Assembly: GCA_021775095.1 (NCBI GenBank)
Contig: JAJFII010000111.1
Span: 36,801-100,800, forward strand
Direction of reading: 5' to 3'
DNA from: Rhodospirillales bacterium
Lineage (GTDB): Bacteria; Pseudomonadota; Alphaproteobacteria; Rhodospirillales; Casp-alpha2
DNA length: 64,000 nt
Part shown: piece after piece, positions 10,431-19,353 of the stretch
Layout: each line of letters starts with the position of its first letter
Numbering within the stretch: the first letter of the stretch is position 1
Notes under the pieces: generated by a model
The model's database searches: none
Told to the model about the DNA's origin: nothing
The model's input: the letters and a program-made list of their open reading frames with translations, nothing else
Made by a program: the position numbers and the translations under genes

Positions 10431-10904
10431 ATGCTCCGCAATTTAACTGGCAACACACAGAGTCTGATTACAGGTTTGATTCTGCTGATGGTTGGTGTCG
10501 CCGTACTTGTCAGTGGCTGGTCCTATGAGATCGGTACCTTGCGCCGCATGGGACCCGGTTATTTCCCAATGATCCTCGGTGCCTCCCTATGTCTGATTGC
10601 ACTGCTTATTGTCACCTTGGAAAGGCGCGAGACGGATAAGGGCCTGTCTAAGGGTGCCAAAACCCCCCGCCCTCTGTTCAGGCGACCGCTATTTTTGATC
10701 CCGCTGGCAATTCTGTCTTTCGCCCTATTGCTGGAATCCTGGGGGCTGGTCCCTGCGGTGTTGGTCTGTATTGGAGTCAGCGGTTTTGCCGAGCGTCGAA
10801 ATCGCTGGCCTGTCGTGCTGGCGGTCGCTTTTGCCATGGTCGTGTTTACCGCCCTTGTCTTCGTCTATGGCCTGACCATCCCCATGCGTCTGCTGGTCTG
10901 GTAA
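10431..10904 (+). CDS. tctB: tripartite tricarboxylate transporter small membrane subunit TctB
   Basis: The ORF is open from 10356. The ATG at 10431 is preceded by GGGGAGG. It has four hydrophobic segments and the YEIGTLRRMGPGYFP motif typical of TctB. Its stop directly abuts the tctA ATG. Confidence 0.75.
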   Translation: MLRNLTGNTQSLITGLILLMVGVAVLVSGWSYEIGTLRRMGPGYFPMILGASLCLIALLIVTLERRETDKGLSKGAKTPRPLFRRPLFLIPLAILSFALLLESWGLVPAVLVCIGVSGFAERRNRWPVVLAVAFAMVVFTALVFVYGLTIPMRLLVW

Positions 10905-12419
10905 ATGGGATTGTTGGACAACATATCGCTCGGTTTTGAAGCGGCCTTTACGGCCCAGAAACTTCTGTACTGTTTTTTTGGTGTGTTCATGGGCATGTTG
11001 ATGGGGGTGTTGCCCGGTATCGGTGCCATGGCGACCATATCCATGCTGATGCCCATTACTTTTTATGTACCTCCCGATGTTGGCCTGATCATGCTGGCGG
11101 GTATCTATTATGGCGCCCAATACGGCGGGTCCATCGCATCGATATTGCTGAATCTGCCGGGCACGCCGTCGTCGGCAATCATATGTCTCGACGGTTATCC
11201 CATGTCGCGCCAGGGTCGAGCCGGACCGGCAATCTTTTTGACAACCTATGCCTCCTTTGCCGGAAGTTTTTTTGCCATATTCCTGTTGCTCACGGTGGCA
11301 CCGCTGGCGGCCAGACTGGCTTTGAGTTTTGGCGCTTCGGAATATTTTTCAATGATGATTTTGGGTTTGATAGCCGCCGCGTCACTGGCTCAACACGGGG
11401 TGCTGCGAGGTTTGGCCATGGTTATTGTCGGCCTCATTCTGGGTTTGGTCGGCAGCGACGTGGCATCAGGAACCTATCGATTTACTTTTGGCACTCTGGA
11501 ATTGGCGGATGGTCTCAGCATCATTGCCGTTGCCATGGGTTTGTTCGGGGTGGCAGAGGTTATGGCCAATCTGATGACGGGTCAGGATGATCGACCGCAG
11601 TCCGGTACGGTAAGAATTCGTGATCTGGTGCCGACGCGCGCAGACATGGGACAAACGACGGGACCGATTGCCCGCGGCGGCGTTTTAGGCGCGATCCTTG
11701 GCATTCTCCCCGGAACCGGCGCGTCGATTGCGGCGTTTGTCGCCTATGGTTTTGAAAAACGCCTTTCCAAAACGCCTGAAAAATTTGGCACCGGTCATGT
11801 GCCGGGGATTGTCGCTCCTGAAGCTGCCAATAATGCCGCAGCCCAGGCCGCTTTCATCCCCACATTGACCCTGGGAATACCGGGAGACGCGGTTATGGCG
11901 TTGATGATGAGCGCCTTAATCATCCACGGTATTCAGCCGGGGCCGGCGGTAATTCAGGAACATCCCAGCCTTTTCTGGGGACTGGTCGCCAGTTTTGTTA
12001 TTGGCAATGTGATGTTGTTGGTCATGAACCTGCCAATGATTGGCCTGTGGGTGCGGATCCTGACAATTCCCTACCGAATTTTATACCCGATTATCCTGGT
12101 CCTGGTGTGTATCGGTGTTTATGCCGTCGGCAATAGTGTTTTCGACGTCTTGCAGCTGATCTTTTTCGGGTTTGTTGGTTATCTTATGATCCAAATCCGC
12201 TTGGAACCGGCGCCATTGCTCCTGGGTTTTGTTTTGGGACCTTTGTTGGAGGAAAATTTTCGCCGGGCTCTAATTTTGTCGCGCGGTGAACTTTCCATAT
12301 TCGTCGAGCGCCCCATTAGTGCCGGTCTGCTTTTTGCCAGCCTTGCGGTCGTAATCTTATCGATGGTTCGATTACGATCAAATTCCAAGTCACCTGATGT
12401 TCCGGCGGGAGGCCGTTGA
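10905..12419 (+). CDS. tctA: tripartite tricarboxylate transporter large permease TctA
   Basis: 504 aa polytopic protein. It shares long near-identical blocks with the second TctA in the window (GVLPGIGA, YYGAQYGGSIASILLN, PGTP). Confidence 0.9.
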   Translation: MGLLDNISLGFEAAFTAQKLLYCFFGVFMGMLMGVLPGIGAMATISMLMPITFYVPPDVGLIMLAGIYYGAQYGGSIASILLNLPGTPSSAIICLDGYPMSRQGRAGPAIFLTTYASFAGSFFAIFLLLTVAPLAARLALSFGASEYFSMMILGLIAAASLAQHGVLRGLAMVIVGLILGLVGSDVASGTYRFTFGTLELADGLSIIAVAMGLFGVAEVMANLMTGQDDRPQSGTVRIRDLVPTRADMGQTTGPIARGGVLGAILGILPGTGASIAAFVAYGFEKRLSKTPEKFGTGHVPGIVAPEAANNAAAQAAFIPTLTLGIPGDAVMALMMSALIIHGIQPGPAVIQEHPSLFWGLVASFVIGNVMLLVMNLPMIGLWVRILTIPYRILYPIILVLVCIGVYAVGNSVFDVLQLIFFGFVGYLMIQIRLEPAPLLLGFVLGPLLEENFRRALILSRGELSIFVERPISAGLLFASLAVVILSMVRLRSNSKSPDVPAGGR

Positions 12420-13996
12420 TGGCCAGCAAACAACCTAACTTTCTGCTCATCAGTACGGACCAGCAACGGGCAGACTATCTGGGATGTTATGGTGCCAAGG
12501 TGCTGCAGACGCCGTTCATCGATGGTCTGGCAGCGCAAGGCGTGCGGTTTGAAAACGCCTTCGTTGCTTCGCCGGTCTGCATGCCTAACCGGGCCAGCCT
12601 GATGACCGGGCGCATGCCATCGCTCCATGGATTACGCCATAATGGACTCAATTTGCGACTGAATACGGTGACCATCGCAGATGTTTTGGCCCGGGCCGGT
12701 TGGCAAACCAGCCTGGTCGGTAAAGCTCATTTCCAATGTGTGACCAACAACCCACCACTGCATGAACGGCCGGCAACGGATCGGATGAAGCCGGTAATTC
12801 CTGAAGCCTTACACGCCGACGCGGGGCGCTATGATCAGGAGCTGGTGGACAACTGGCAGCGGGATCGGGACCATGACTTGAGTTATCCCTATTACGGATT
12901 TGATAAGGTCGATCTTGCCGTCGGCCACGGAGATCTAGTGGAGGGTCACTATGGCTGCTGGCTCGCTGAGCGATGTTCCGACCCGCACAGCCTGCGTGGT
13001 CGCACCAATGCCCTGGCCGGCGATGGCAGACCGGCACCACAGTCTTGGCGTACGGCAGTACCCGAAGAGCTCTATTCGACCCGGTACATTGAAGAAAAAA
13101 CCAACCAGCGCCTGGCCGACTATGCGCATCGGTCAGAACAACCGTTTTTCCTGTGGGCGTCTTTTTGTGATCCCCATCATCCGTTTACACCACCAGGCCG
13201 TTACTGGGACATGTACGATCCCCGGGAGGTCCATTTGCCTGAAACTTTTTACAATCAGGACAGATCCGGGTTTCCGGCAGTTCTTCAACAGCTTCGAGCC
13301 AGTGGCCTTGCCAATTTGGCTGGAACTTCAGCCATTGCGGTCAGCGAAGCCGAACTGCGTTCAGCCATCGCCTTGACCTTCGGAATGATCACCATGATTG
13401 ACGATGCCGTTGGGTCCATACTGGCGAGATTGCGTCATCTGGGGCTGGCGGAAAATACAATTGTTGTTTTCTTCTCCGATCATGGCGATTTGATGGGGGA
13501 ACACGGTTTATTATTCAAAGGGCCGCTGCACTATCGGGCATTGGTGCGCACGCCTCTTATCTGGGCCGATGGCCGTTTACCCCAGGGTCGGGTGCACGAA
13601 CCTTATGTGAGCGCCATCGATTTGCCGGCATCGCTGCTAAAAGCGGCCGGGGTCGCACCGTTTAATGGCCTGCAGGGAATACCGTTTATCGACCAGCACG
13701 GGCAACTTCAATCGGTACGCACCCGTGTGATGATCGAAGATGAAATCCAGGCGTCCGTTCCGGGTCATGAGGTGCGCGGTCGGGTGCGCACCCTGCTGGC
13801 CGACCAGTGGCGGTTGACCCTGTACGATGGCATTGAACAGGGGGTTCTCCATGACCTGAGCAGGGACCCGATGGAAATCCACAATCTGTGGGATGACAAC
13901 GGGTCTGCGGCGGTACGCGCGACCCTGACGGAGACCCTGTTGCGACAGATGATATTACATTCGGAAACATCGCCGTTTCCGAACTACGCAGCCTAG
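12419..13996 (+). CDS. sulfatase (Cys-type arylsulfatase family), no signal peptide
   Basis: About 525 aa. N-terminal PNFLLISTDQQRAD, active-site signature SPVCMPNRASLMTG (C-x-P-x-R), and later FFSDHGD. Its ATG overlaps the tctA stop (TGATG). Confidence 0.9.
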   Translation: MASKQPNFLLISTDQQRADYLGCYGAKVLQTPFIDGLAAQGVRFENAFVASPVCMPNRASLMTGRMPSLHGLRHNGLNLRLNTVTIADVLARAGWQTSLVGKAHFQCVTNNPPLHERPATDRMKPVIPEALHADAGRYDQELVDNWQRDRDHDLSYPYYGFDKVDLAVGHGDLVEGHYGCWLAERCSDPHSLRGRTNALAGDGRPAPQSWRTAVPEELYSTRYIEEKTNQRLADYAHRSEQPFFLWASFCDPHHPFTPPGRYWDMYDPREVHLPETFYNQDRSGFPAVLQQLRASGLANLAGTSAIAVSEAELRSAIALTFGMITMIDDAVGSILARLRHLGLAENTIVVFFSDHGDLMGEHGLLFKGPLHYRALVRTPLIWADGRLPQGRVHEPYVSAIDLPASLLKAAGVAPFNGLQGIPFIDQHGQLQSVRTRVMIEDEIQASVPGHEVRGRVRTLLADQWRLTLYDGIEQGVLHDLSRDPMEIHNLWDDNGSAAVRATLTETLLRQMILHSETSPFPNYAA

Positions 13997-14037
13997 GGCC
14001 GGATATGGGATCCGGTCAACAAACGGAGGACGAAACA

Positions 14038-15018
14038 ATGAAGGATCTAAAACAAGTGATTATGGCATCGGCAGGTGCCCTTGTTCTGGCGACAATTTTG
14101 GCAGGGCCGGCGACAAGCGCATACCCGGAGCGACCGGTAACGCTGGTCGTTGGTTCCGTTCCGGGCTCGGGCCCGGACGTTTTGGCCCGCTCTATGAGTG
14201 AAGAATTTTCGCAGGCCCTGGGTCAGCCGGTCATCGTCGAAAACAAACCCGGTGCCGCCGGGAATGTCGCTGCGGCACAGGTTTCACGATCGAAACCGGA
14301 TGGGTACCGAGTTTTTATTGGCACCATTAATATGGCAATCGCAACCTGGTTGCCAAAAACCCCACCATTTGACCCGGCCACGGACTTTGCGGTTGTTGGC
14401 CGTGTGGCATCAATTCCAAACGTCATCGTGGTTTCACCAAAACTGGGGGTGAAATCAATCGAGGACTTTATCGCGATGGCCAAATCGAAACCGGGCCAAC
14501 TGAATTATTCAAGCCCTGGCGTCGGCTCTCTCCAGCATATGGGAACAGACGCAATGTCCAACATCAATGGGATAAAACTCGTACATGTGCCCTACAAGGG
14601 TGGTAAAGCTTCAACCACGGCGGTCTTGTCCGGCGAGGTGGAGATGTTTATGGCAGGAATGCCGCCTGCCATTCCCCACATTAAGGGCGGCACACTGCTT
14701 GCTTTGGCGGTTAGCAGTGCCGAAAGATTTCCATTGCTTCCGACGGTGCCAACTTTGGCAGAAACAGTGATGCCCGGTTATTCAGCGGAAGCCTGGTACG
14801 GTCTTTTTATGGCCAAGGGTACGCCTGCAACTATTGTCGAGACCGCCAACAAAGCACTTAATAAAGCGCTGTCGAACGCCATGGTTATAGAACGGTTTAA
14901 GGCCGCCGGGGCGGCCGTCCAAACCAGTACACCGGGCGCATTTGCCAAATTCGTCGCCACCGAATCCAGTCGCTGGAAGAAAAACCTGGAAGAGCTTGGG
15001 CTCGCAGGAACGCGCTAG
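14038..15018 (+). CDS. tctC: TTT periplasmic substrate-binding protein (TctC / Bug family)
   Basis: The ORF is open from 14005. The ATG at 14038 follows GGAGGA. It has a signal peptide (ASAGALVLATILAGPATSA) and the Bug-family blocks ENKPGAAGN and VPYKGG. Confidence 0.9.
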   Translation: MKDLKQVIMASAGALVLATILAGPATSAYPERPVTLVVGSVPGSGPDVLARSMSEEFSQALGQPVIVENKPGAAGNVAAAQVSRSKPDGYRVFIGTINMAIATWLPKTPPFDPATDFAVVGRVASIPNVIVVSPKLGVKSIEDFIAMAKSKPGQLNYSSPGVGSLQHMGTDAMSNINGIKLVHVPYKGGKASTTAVLSGEVEMFMAGMPPAIPHIKGGTLLALAVSSAERFPLLPTVPTLAETVMPGYSAEAWYGLFMAKGTPATIVETANKALNKALSNAMVIERFKAAGAAVQTSTPGAFAKFVATESSRWKKNLEELGLAGTR

Positions 15019-15033
15019 CGCCGGTTTACCTGT

Positions 15034-15062
15034 CCGGCTGTGGGTAACTGCAGCCGGTTTTT
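15034..15062 (+). terminator. rho-independent terminator after tctC
   Basis: Stem CCGGCTG (15034-15040) pairs with CAGCCGG (15051-15057) around a 10-nt loop, followed by TTTTT (15058-15062). Confidence 0.6.
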
Positions 15063-15293
15063 ATATAAGGCCAGAGAGGATTTGTCGACCTGTGAGCCTG
15101 GCCCGTGAACCTCAGTACAATCCGTCACGAGGCGACCGCGTGCACCGGAGGTTACGCGGTCTTTCCCTCTTATTAAAAAGCCTTTACACTTTGTGACCTT
15201 ATGTGATCGCCGTAAAATAATGGGTGCGGCCGGTCGTTGAAGGGCTGCGCCCCTTATTCGTGCATACCGCTACCTATTTAGAAGGACATTTCC

Positions 15294-16094
15294 ATGCGTC
15301 TGACCGAGCAAGAGTTAGAGACCTTTGACAAGGACGGTTATCTGTTCTTTCCGGGTAAATTTTCGCCTGAAGAGGCGGCGCTTTTGAAAGGCGAAGCGGA
15401 TGTGGTTTACGCCATGGACCGCAAGGAAGTCTGGCGTGAGAGTTCGGGCGTTGCCCGCACAGCCTTTGCGGCCCATCGCTACAACGAAGGGTTCCGCAGA
15501 TTGGGTGCCCATCCGCGCCTGATAGAGCCGGTCGAACAGGCCCTGGGGGGGCCGGTTTACATGCATCAATATAAGGTCAATGCGAAAGCTGCCTTTGATG
15601 GCGATGTCTGGCAGTGGCACCAGGATTATGGCACCTGGAAACGCGACGACGAGATGCCCGAACCGCGCGCCATGAACATTGCCGTCTTTCTCGATGATGT
15701 GACGGCGGCAAACGGCCCCCTGTTGTTTATTCCCGGCAGTCACAAGGTTGGTGTGGTTGCCGCTGGACATGACCTGGAGACGACGTCTTATCCGTTGTGG
15801 ACCTTGGGCCGCGACACGGTGACGGAATTGGCAGAGCGCGGCGGTTGTGTGGCTCCGACCGGTCCGGCTGGCAGCATGCTGATGTTTTCGTCGCTGTTGG
15901 TGCACGCCAGTCCACCGAATATTTCACCGTTTGACCGCACGATCGTTTATTTGTCGCTATGTCATGTGGATAACCACATTCGTGCCTTTAACAGAGATGA
16001 GTGGATTGCCCACCGGGAATTTGACCCCATCCAGGCGCTGGAGGACAGCTGTCTGACGGATCTCGTAAACCAACGGCGCCAAGCCGCCGAATAG
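15294..16094 (+). CDS. phytanoyl-CoA dioxygenase (PhyH) family Fe(II)/2-oxoglutarate dioxygenase, ectoine-hydroxylase-like
   Basis: 266 aa. WQWHQDYGTWKRDDEMP resembles the EctD signature block with the H-x-D iron ligands. A distal His lies in LLVHAS. Confidence 0.8.
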   Translation: MRLTEQELETFDKDGYLFFPGKFSPEEAALLKGEADVVYAMDRKEVWRESSGVARTAFAAHRYNEGFRRLGAHPRLIEPVEQALGGPVYMHQYKVNAKAAFDGDVWQWHQDYGTWKRDDEMPEPRAMNIAVFLDDVTAANGPLLFIPGSHKVGVVAAGHDLETTSYPLWTLGRDTVTELAERGGCVAPTGPAGSMLMFSSLLVHASPPNISPFDRTIVYLSLCHVDNHIRAFNRDEWIAHREFDPIQALEDSCLTDLVNQRRQAAE

Positions 16095-16239
16095 GTTTTT
16101 CCACCGGCCTGCAGGGGCCTGTTATCTGGTCGGTCACAAGTACCATAGATCGCTGTCGCCATTGGCCGGCGCGGCGATTTCCGCGATTGGGGTCTAATCT
16201 CTGATCGGTTAAAAAGTGAACCGCTGTCGCACTGGATGG

Positions 16240-16830
16240 TCAGTCGGCGATAGGTGCTTCAATCTTGAGGTGACTGCGGATCAGTTTTTCTGCGGCGCTG
16301 CGGGCCCGGGACGCGGCACCTGGGTCGCCGGCTACATAACACATGACAATAGCGCCTTCCATCAACAGCATTAACTCGTCGGCCAGTTCGTCTGGATGCC
16401 TGACGCCGATGGCCGTCGCCAGTTCACGCAAATATTTCAGAACCAGGACCTTATGTTCCGCTGATGCCAGATGAATGGGGTCATCCGGTGCGCCAAATTC
16501 CGCCGATGCGTTAATGAACATACAACCGCTAAACGCGGCGTCGGAGAACCAGTCCTGCAGGGTGTCGTAAACCGCCAGCAGGCGTTCCTGTGGCGACGCC
16601 GCCCGGCGTTCAACGGAGCGCATGAACCAGTTGCGAAATTTTTCATCGCGCCGCCGCAGGGTCGCCAAAATCAGTTCATCTTTAGATTTAAAATGATTGT
16701 ACAAAGTCATCCGGGCAACGCCGGCTTTCTCGAGGATTTTGTCGATGCCGGTGGCATGAAACCCGTTCTGACAAAACAGATCGAGGGCGGTGTCGATAAG
16801 CTGGTCGCGTTTACCGGAAGCCATGGGCAC
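16240..16830 (-). CDS. TetR-family transcriptional regulator
   Basis: 196 aa with the N-terminal HTH LFCQNGFHATGIDKILEKAGVARMTLYNHFKSKDEL. Confidence 0.9.
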   Translation of the reverse strand: MPMASGKRDQLIDTALDLFCQNGFHATGIDKILEKAGVARMTLYNHFKSKDELILATLRRRDEKFRNWFMRSVERRAASPQERLLAVYDTLQDWFSDAAFSGCMFINASAEFGAPDDPIHLASAEHKVLVLKYLRELATAIGVRHPDELADELMLLMEGAIVMCYVAGDPGAASRARSAAEKLIRSHLKIEAPIAD

Positions 16831-16997
16831 TCCACTATCTGCTAAATGGATAGAATAATCAGTATAATATTTTATAGGAACTGCTCATAAAAAGTAAATA
16901 AATAATTTTTATTTCTCAAAAATACATAATAATTTTCCGTTAAAATGTTTTAAAACAACTAGTTATAAAAAATCAACGGAAAGGGAAAAATTACCTG

Positions 16998-17027
16998 TTG
17001 ACGATATAGACCGATCAGTCTATAAAT
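16998..17027 (+). promoter_or_regulatory. sigma70-like promoter with embedded palindromic operator (candidate TetR site)
   Basis: TTGACG (16998-17003), a 17-nt spacer, then TATAAAT (17021-17027). The perfect inverted repeat TATAGAC-N6-GTCTATA (17005-17024) fills the spacer. Confidence 0.5.
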
Positions 17028-17071
17028 TTACTTTCAACAACCTCATAAGATCCCTTCAACCTCAAAATTGG

Positions 17072-18064
17072 ATGACACTCATGTTAAAACTTAATGCCTT
17101 AATCCCTTCAATCAGCCGCTTTGCTTTGCTCGCTGCTGTTGTCAGTGGGATCGGTTTGGCCGGCGTGACCGCCCCGCCAGCCCGGTCTGCCGAAATCGCC
17201 GTCGGCGAAACGCGCCATAAAACCGTTTCGGTTGATGGCCTCGAGATATTTTATCGCGAAGCCGGGCGCGCCGATGCGCCCACATTGCTTTTGTTGCACG
17301 GATTCCCGACATCGTCACAGATGTTCAGAAACCTGATCCCGGCCCTAGCCGACCGCTATCATGTGGTCGCCCCGGATTATCCAGGATTCGGTAACAGCGC
17401 CATGCCGTTGGTTCATGAGTTTGACTATTCCTTCGATAATCTGGCCCGGGTGATCGACGGGTTTACCGAAAAACTGGGCCTCGCCCGGTATAGCCTTTAT
17501 GTCATGGACTACGGCGCACCGGTGGGATTTCGCCTGGCAACGGCCCATCCGGAACGGATCCAATCTTTGATCATCCAGAACGGCAATGCCTATGAAGAAG
17601 GGCTGGCCGCCTTTTGGGACCCGTTCCGCGCCTATTGGAAAGATCGCACCGACAAAACCGCCGAACCCTTGAAAGGATTTCTCAATCTGGCTGCGACCAA
17701 GTGGCAATATACCCATGGCACCCGCAATCCGGAACGCCTGAGTCCCGATGCCTGGATCACCGATCAGTATTTTCAGGACCGGCCCGGCAACAAAGCCATT
17801 CAATTGGAGCTGTTTTATGATTATGGCTCGAACCCGGCGCTGTATCCCAAATGGCAGGCCTATCTGCGCACCCATCAACCGCCAACCCTGATTGTCTGGG
17901 GTAAAAACGATGTGATTTTCCCGGCGTCTGGTGCGCACCCCTATAAACGGGATCTGAAGACCCTCGAGTTCCATTTGTTAGATACCGGGCATTTTGCTTT
18001 GGAAGAGGAAGGTGCGTCCATCGCCGGCCATATTCGGCGTTTCCTGAAAACCCATATTTCCTAG
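17072..18064 (+). CDS. alpha/beta hydrolase (epoxide hydrolase / haloalkane dehalogenase-like), secreted
   Basis: 330 aa with a signal peptide. [34 protein letters not shown] is a typical alpha/beta-fold N-terminal block. The nucleophile elbow is at VMDYGAP. Confidence 0.85.
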   Translation: MTLMLKLNALIPSISRFALLAAVVSGIGLAGVTAPPARSAEIAVGETRHKTVSVDGLEIFYREAGRADAPTLLLLHGFPTSSQMFRNLIPALADRYHVVAPDYPGFGNSAMPLVHEFDYSFDNLARVIDGFTEKLGLARYSLYVMDYGAPVGFRLATAHPERIQSLIIQNGNAYEEGLAAFWDPFRAYWKDRTDKTAEPLKGFLNLAATKWQYTHGTRNPERLSPDAWITDQYFQDRPGNKAIQLELFYDYGSNPALYPKWQAYLRTHQPPTLIVWGKNDVIFPASGAHPYKRDLKTLEFHLLDTGHFALEEEGASIAGHIRRFLKTHIS

Positions 18065-18134
18065 TTCCGCCCCGGGGAACGGCATCGACACTGCCGTTCC
18101 CCAGCCTTAACCAAACAGACCTTGGAGAGACCCC

Positions 18135-18740
18135 ATGCCAACTTACAGCAGCGACATCGCCTTCAGCCCCGCCGTCAAACGCCTGCAGGAAATTCGCGGG
18201 TCGCGCCAGGGCTACGCCAAAATGGAGGAAGGCGGTGGTTGGCAGACAACCGTCTCGGCCGATCTGGCGGGTTTCATCGGCACCCGTGACTCGTTTTATC
18301 TGGGCACTGCCAGCGCCGACGGCCAACCTTATATCCAACACCGGGGCGGCCCTCGAGGATTTCTTAAAGTCATCAATGAGACGACCCTTGGTTTCGCCGA
18401 CTACCGGGGCAATCGGCAATATATTTCTGCGGGTAATCTTAGTGAAAACAACAAAGCCTATCTTTTTCTCATGGATTACCCGAACCGCCGGCGGGTTAAG
18501 ATTTGGGGCCGCGCGCGGATTGTTGAAGATCCGGAACAGGCGGCCGGGCTCGTTGGCCCGGGCGGTTCGGCCGTTCCTGAACGGGCAATATTGATTGATG
18601 TCAGTGCCTGGGATGTCAATTGTCCACAGCATATAACACCACGCTTTACGCAAGCCGAAGTGGAAGCCGAAGTGGAAGCCCAAGTGGCCCCACTCAAGCA
18701 ACGGATTGCCGAGCTTGAAAGCCGACTATCCATCGCCTAA
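18135..18740 (+). CDS. pyridoxamine 5'-phosphate oxidase-family (FMN-binding split barrel) protein
   Basis: 201 aa. The blocks DSFYLGTASADGQPYIQHRGGPRGFLKV and ADYRGNRQYISAGNL match family members as I remember them. Confidence 0.8.
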   Translation: MPTYSSDIAFSPAVKRLQEIRGSRQGYAKMEEGGGWQTTVSADLAGFIGTRDSFYLGTASADGQPYIQHRGGPRGFLKVINETTLGFADYRGNRQYISAGNLSENNKAYLFLMDYPNRRRVKIWGRARIVEDPEQAAGLVGPGGSAVPERAILIDVSAWDVNCPQHITPRFTQAEVEAEVEAQVAPLKQRIAELESRLSIA

Positions 18741-18818
18741 GGCGCACCCCTATGAGCCGTCGGTCCGCCAGCCCCTATTCCCGGTTGCTCTTTAACCCAT
18801 TGAACGAGGAACACAAAC

Positions 18819-19283
18819 ATGTCACGTCCCCCCGTACCGCCTTTTACCGCTGAGACCGCGCGTCTTAAAATCAGAGCCGCCGAAGATGCCTGGAACAGCC
18901 GTGATCCGGCAAAGATTGCGCTGGCTTATTCGATCGACAGCCGCTGGCGAAACCGCACGACATTTGTTAACGGCCGGGCCGAAATAACGGACCTGTTGAC
19001 CGACAAGTGGCAACGGGAACTGGACTATCGCTTGATAAAAGAACTCTGGGCATTTACCGAAAACCGCATTGCTGTTCGTTTTGCCTATGAAAGCCGGGAT
19101 CAGCAGAACAACTGGTTCCGGTCCTATGGCAATGAAAACTGGGAATTTGACGATCACGGGTTAATGCGTCAGCGTATGGCCAGCATAAACGATTTACCGA
19201 TCGTCGAATTCGAACGCAAATTTCACTGGCCCCTGGGCCGACGGCCCGATGATCATCCGGGGCTTTCCGATCTGGGCCTTTAA
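18819..19283 (+). CDS. DUF1348-family (NTF2/SnoaL-like) protein
   Basis: 154 aa. The blocks [38 protein letters not shown] and [17 protein letters not shown] are highly characteristic of DUF1348. Confidence 0.85.
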   Translation: MSRPPVPPFTAETARLKIRAAEDAWNSRDPAKIALAYSIDSRWRNRTTFVNGRAEITDLLTDKWQRELDYRLIKELWAFTENRIAVRFAYESRDQQNNWFRSYGNENWEFDDHGLMRQRMASINDLPIVEFERKFHWPLGRRPDDHPGLSDLGL

Positions 19284-19353
19284 TTTACTCAGGGGTTAAT
19301 AACTGATCCCGGTACCGCCCAATTGGTTCCCATTCATAAGAAGGAAAATCTAC

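Noticed and set aside
18654-18689. 3 x 12-nt tandem repeat (GCCGAAGTGGAA GCCGAAGTGGAA GCCCAAGTGGCC)
   Set aside because: It lies in frame inside the PNPOx-family gene and encodes EAEVEAEVEAQV in a C-terminal helical tail. It is a small coding microsatellite, not an independent element.
17757-18701. 314-aa minus-strand ORF
   Set aside because: It lies antisense across the end of the alpha/beta hydrolase gene and most of the PNPOx-family gene, both of which have clear family motifs. Its composition is the Arg/Gly/Pro-rich pattern typical of shadow ORFs.
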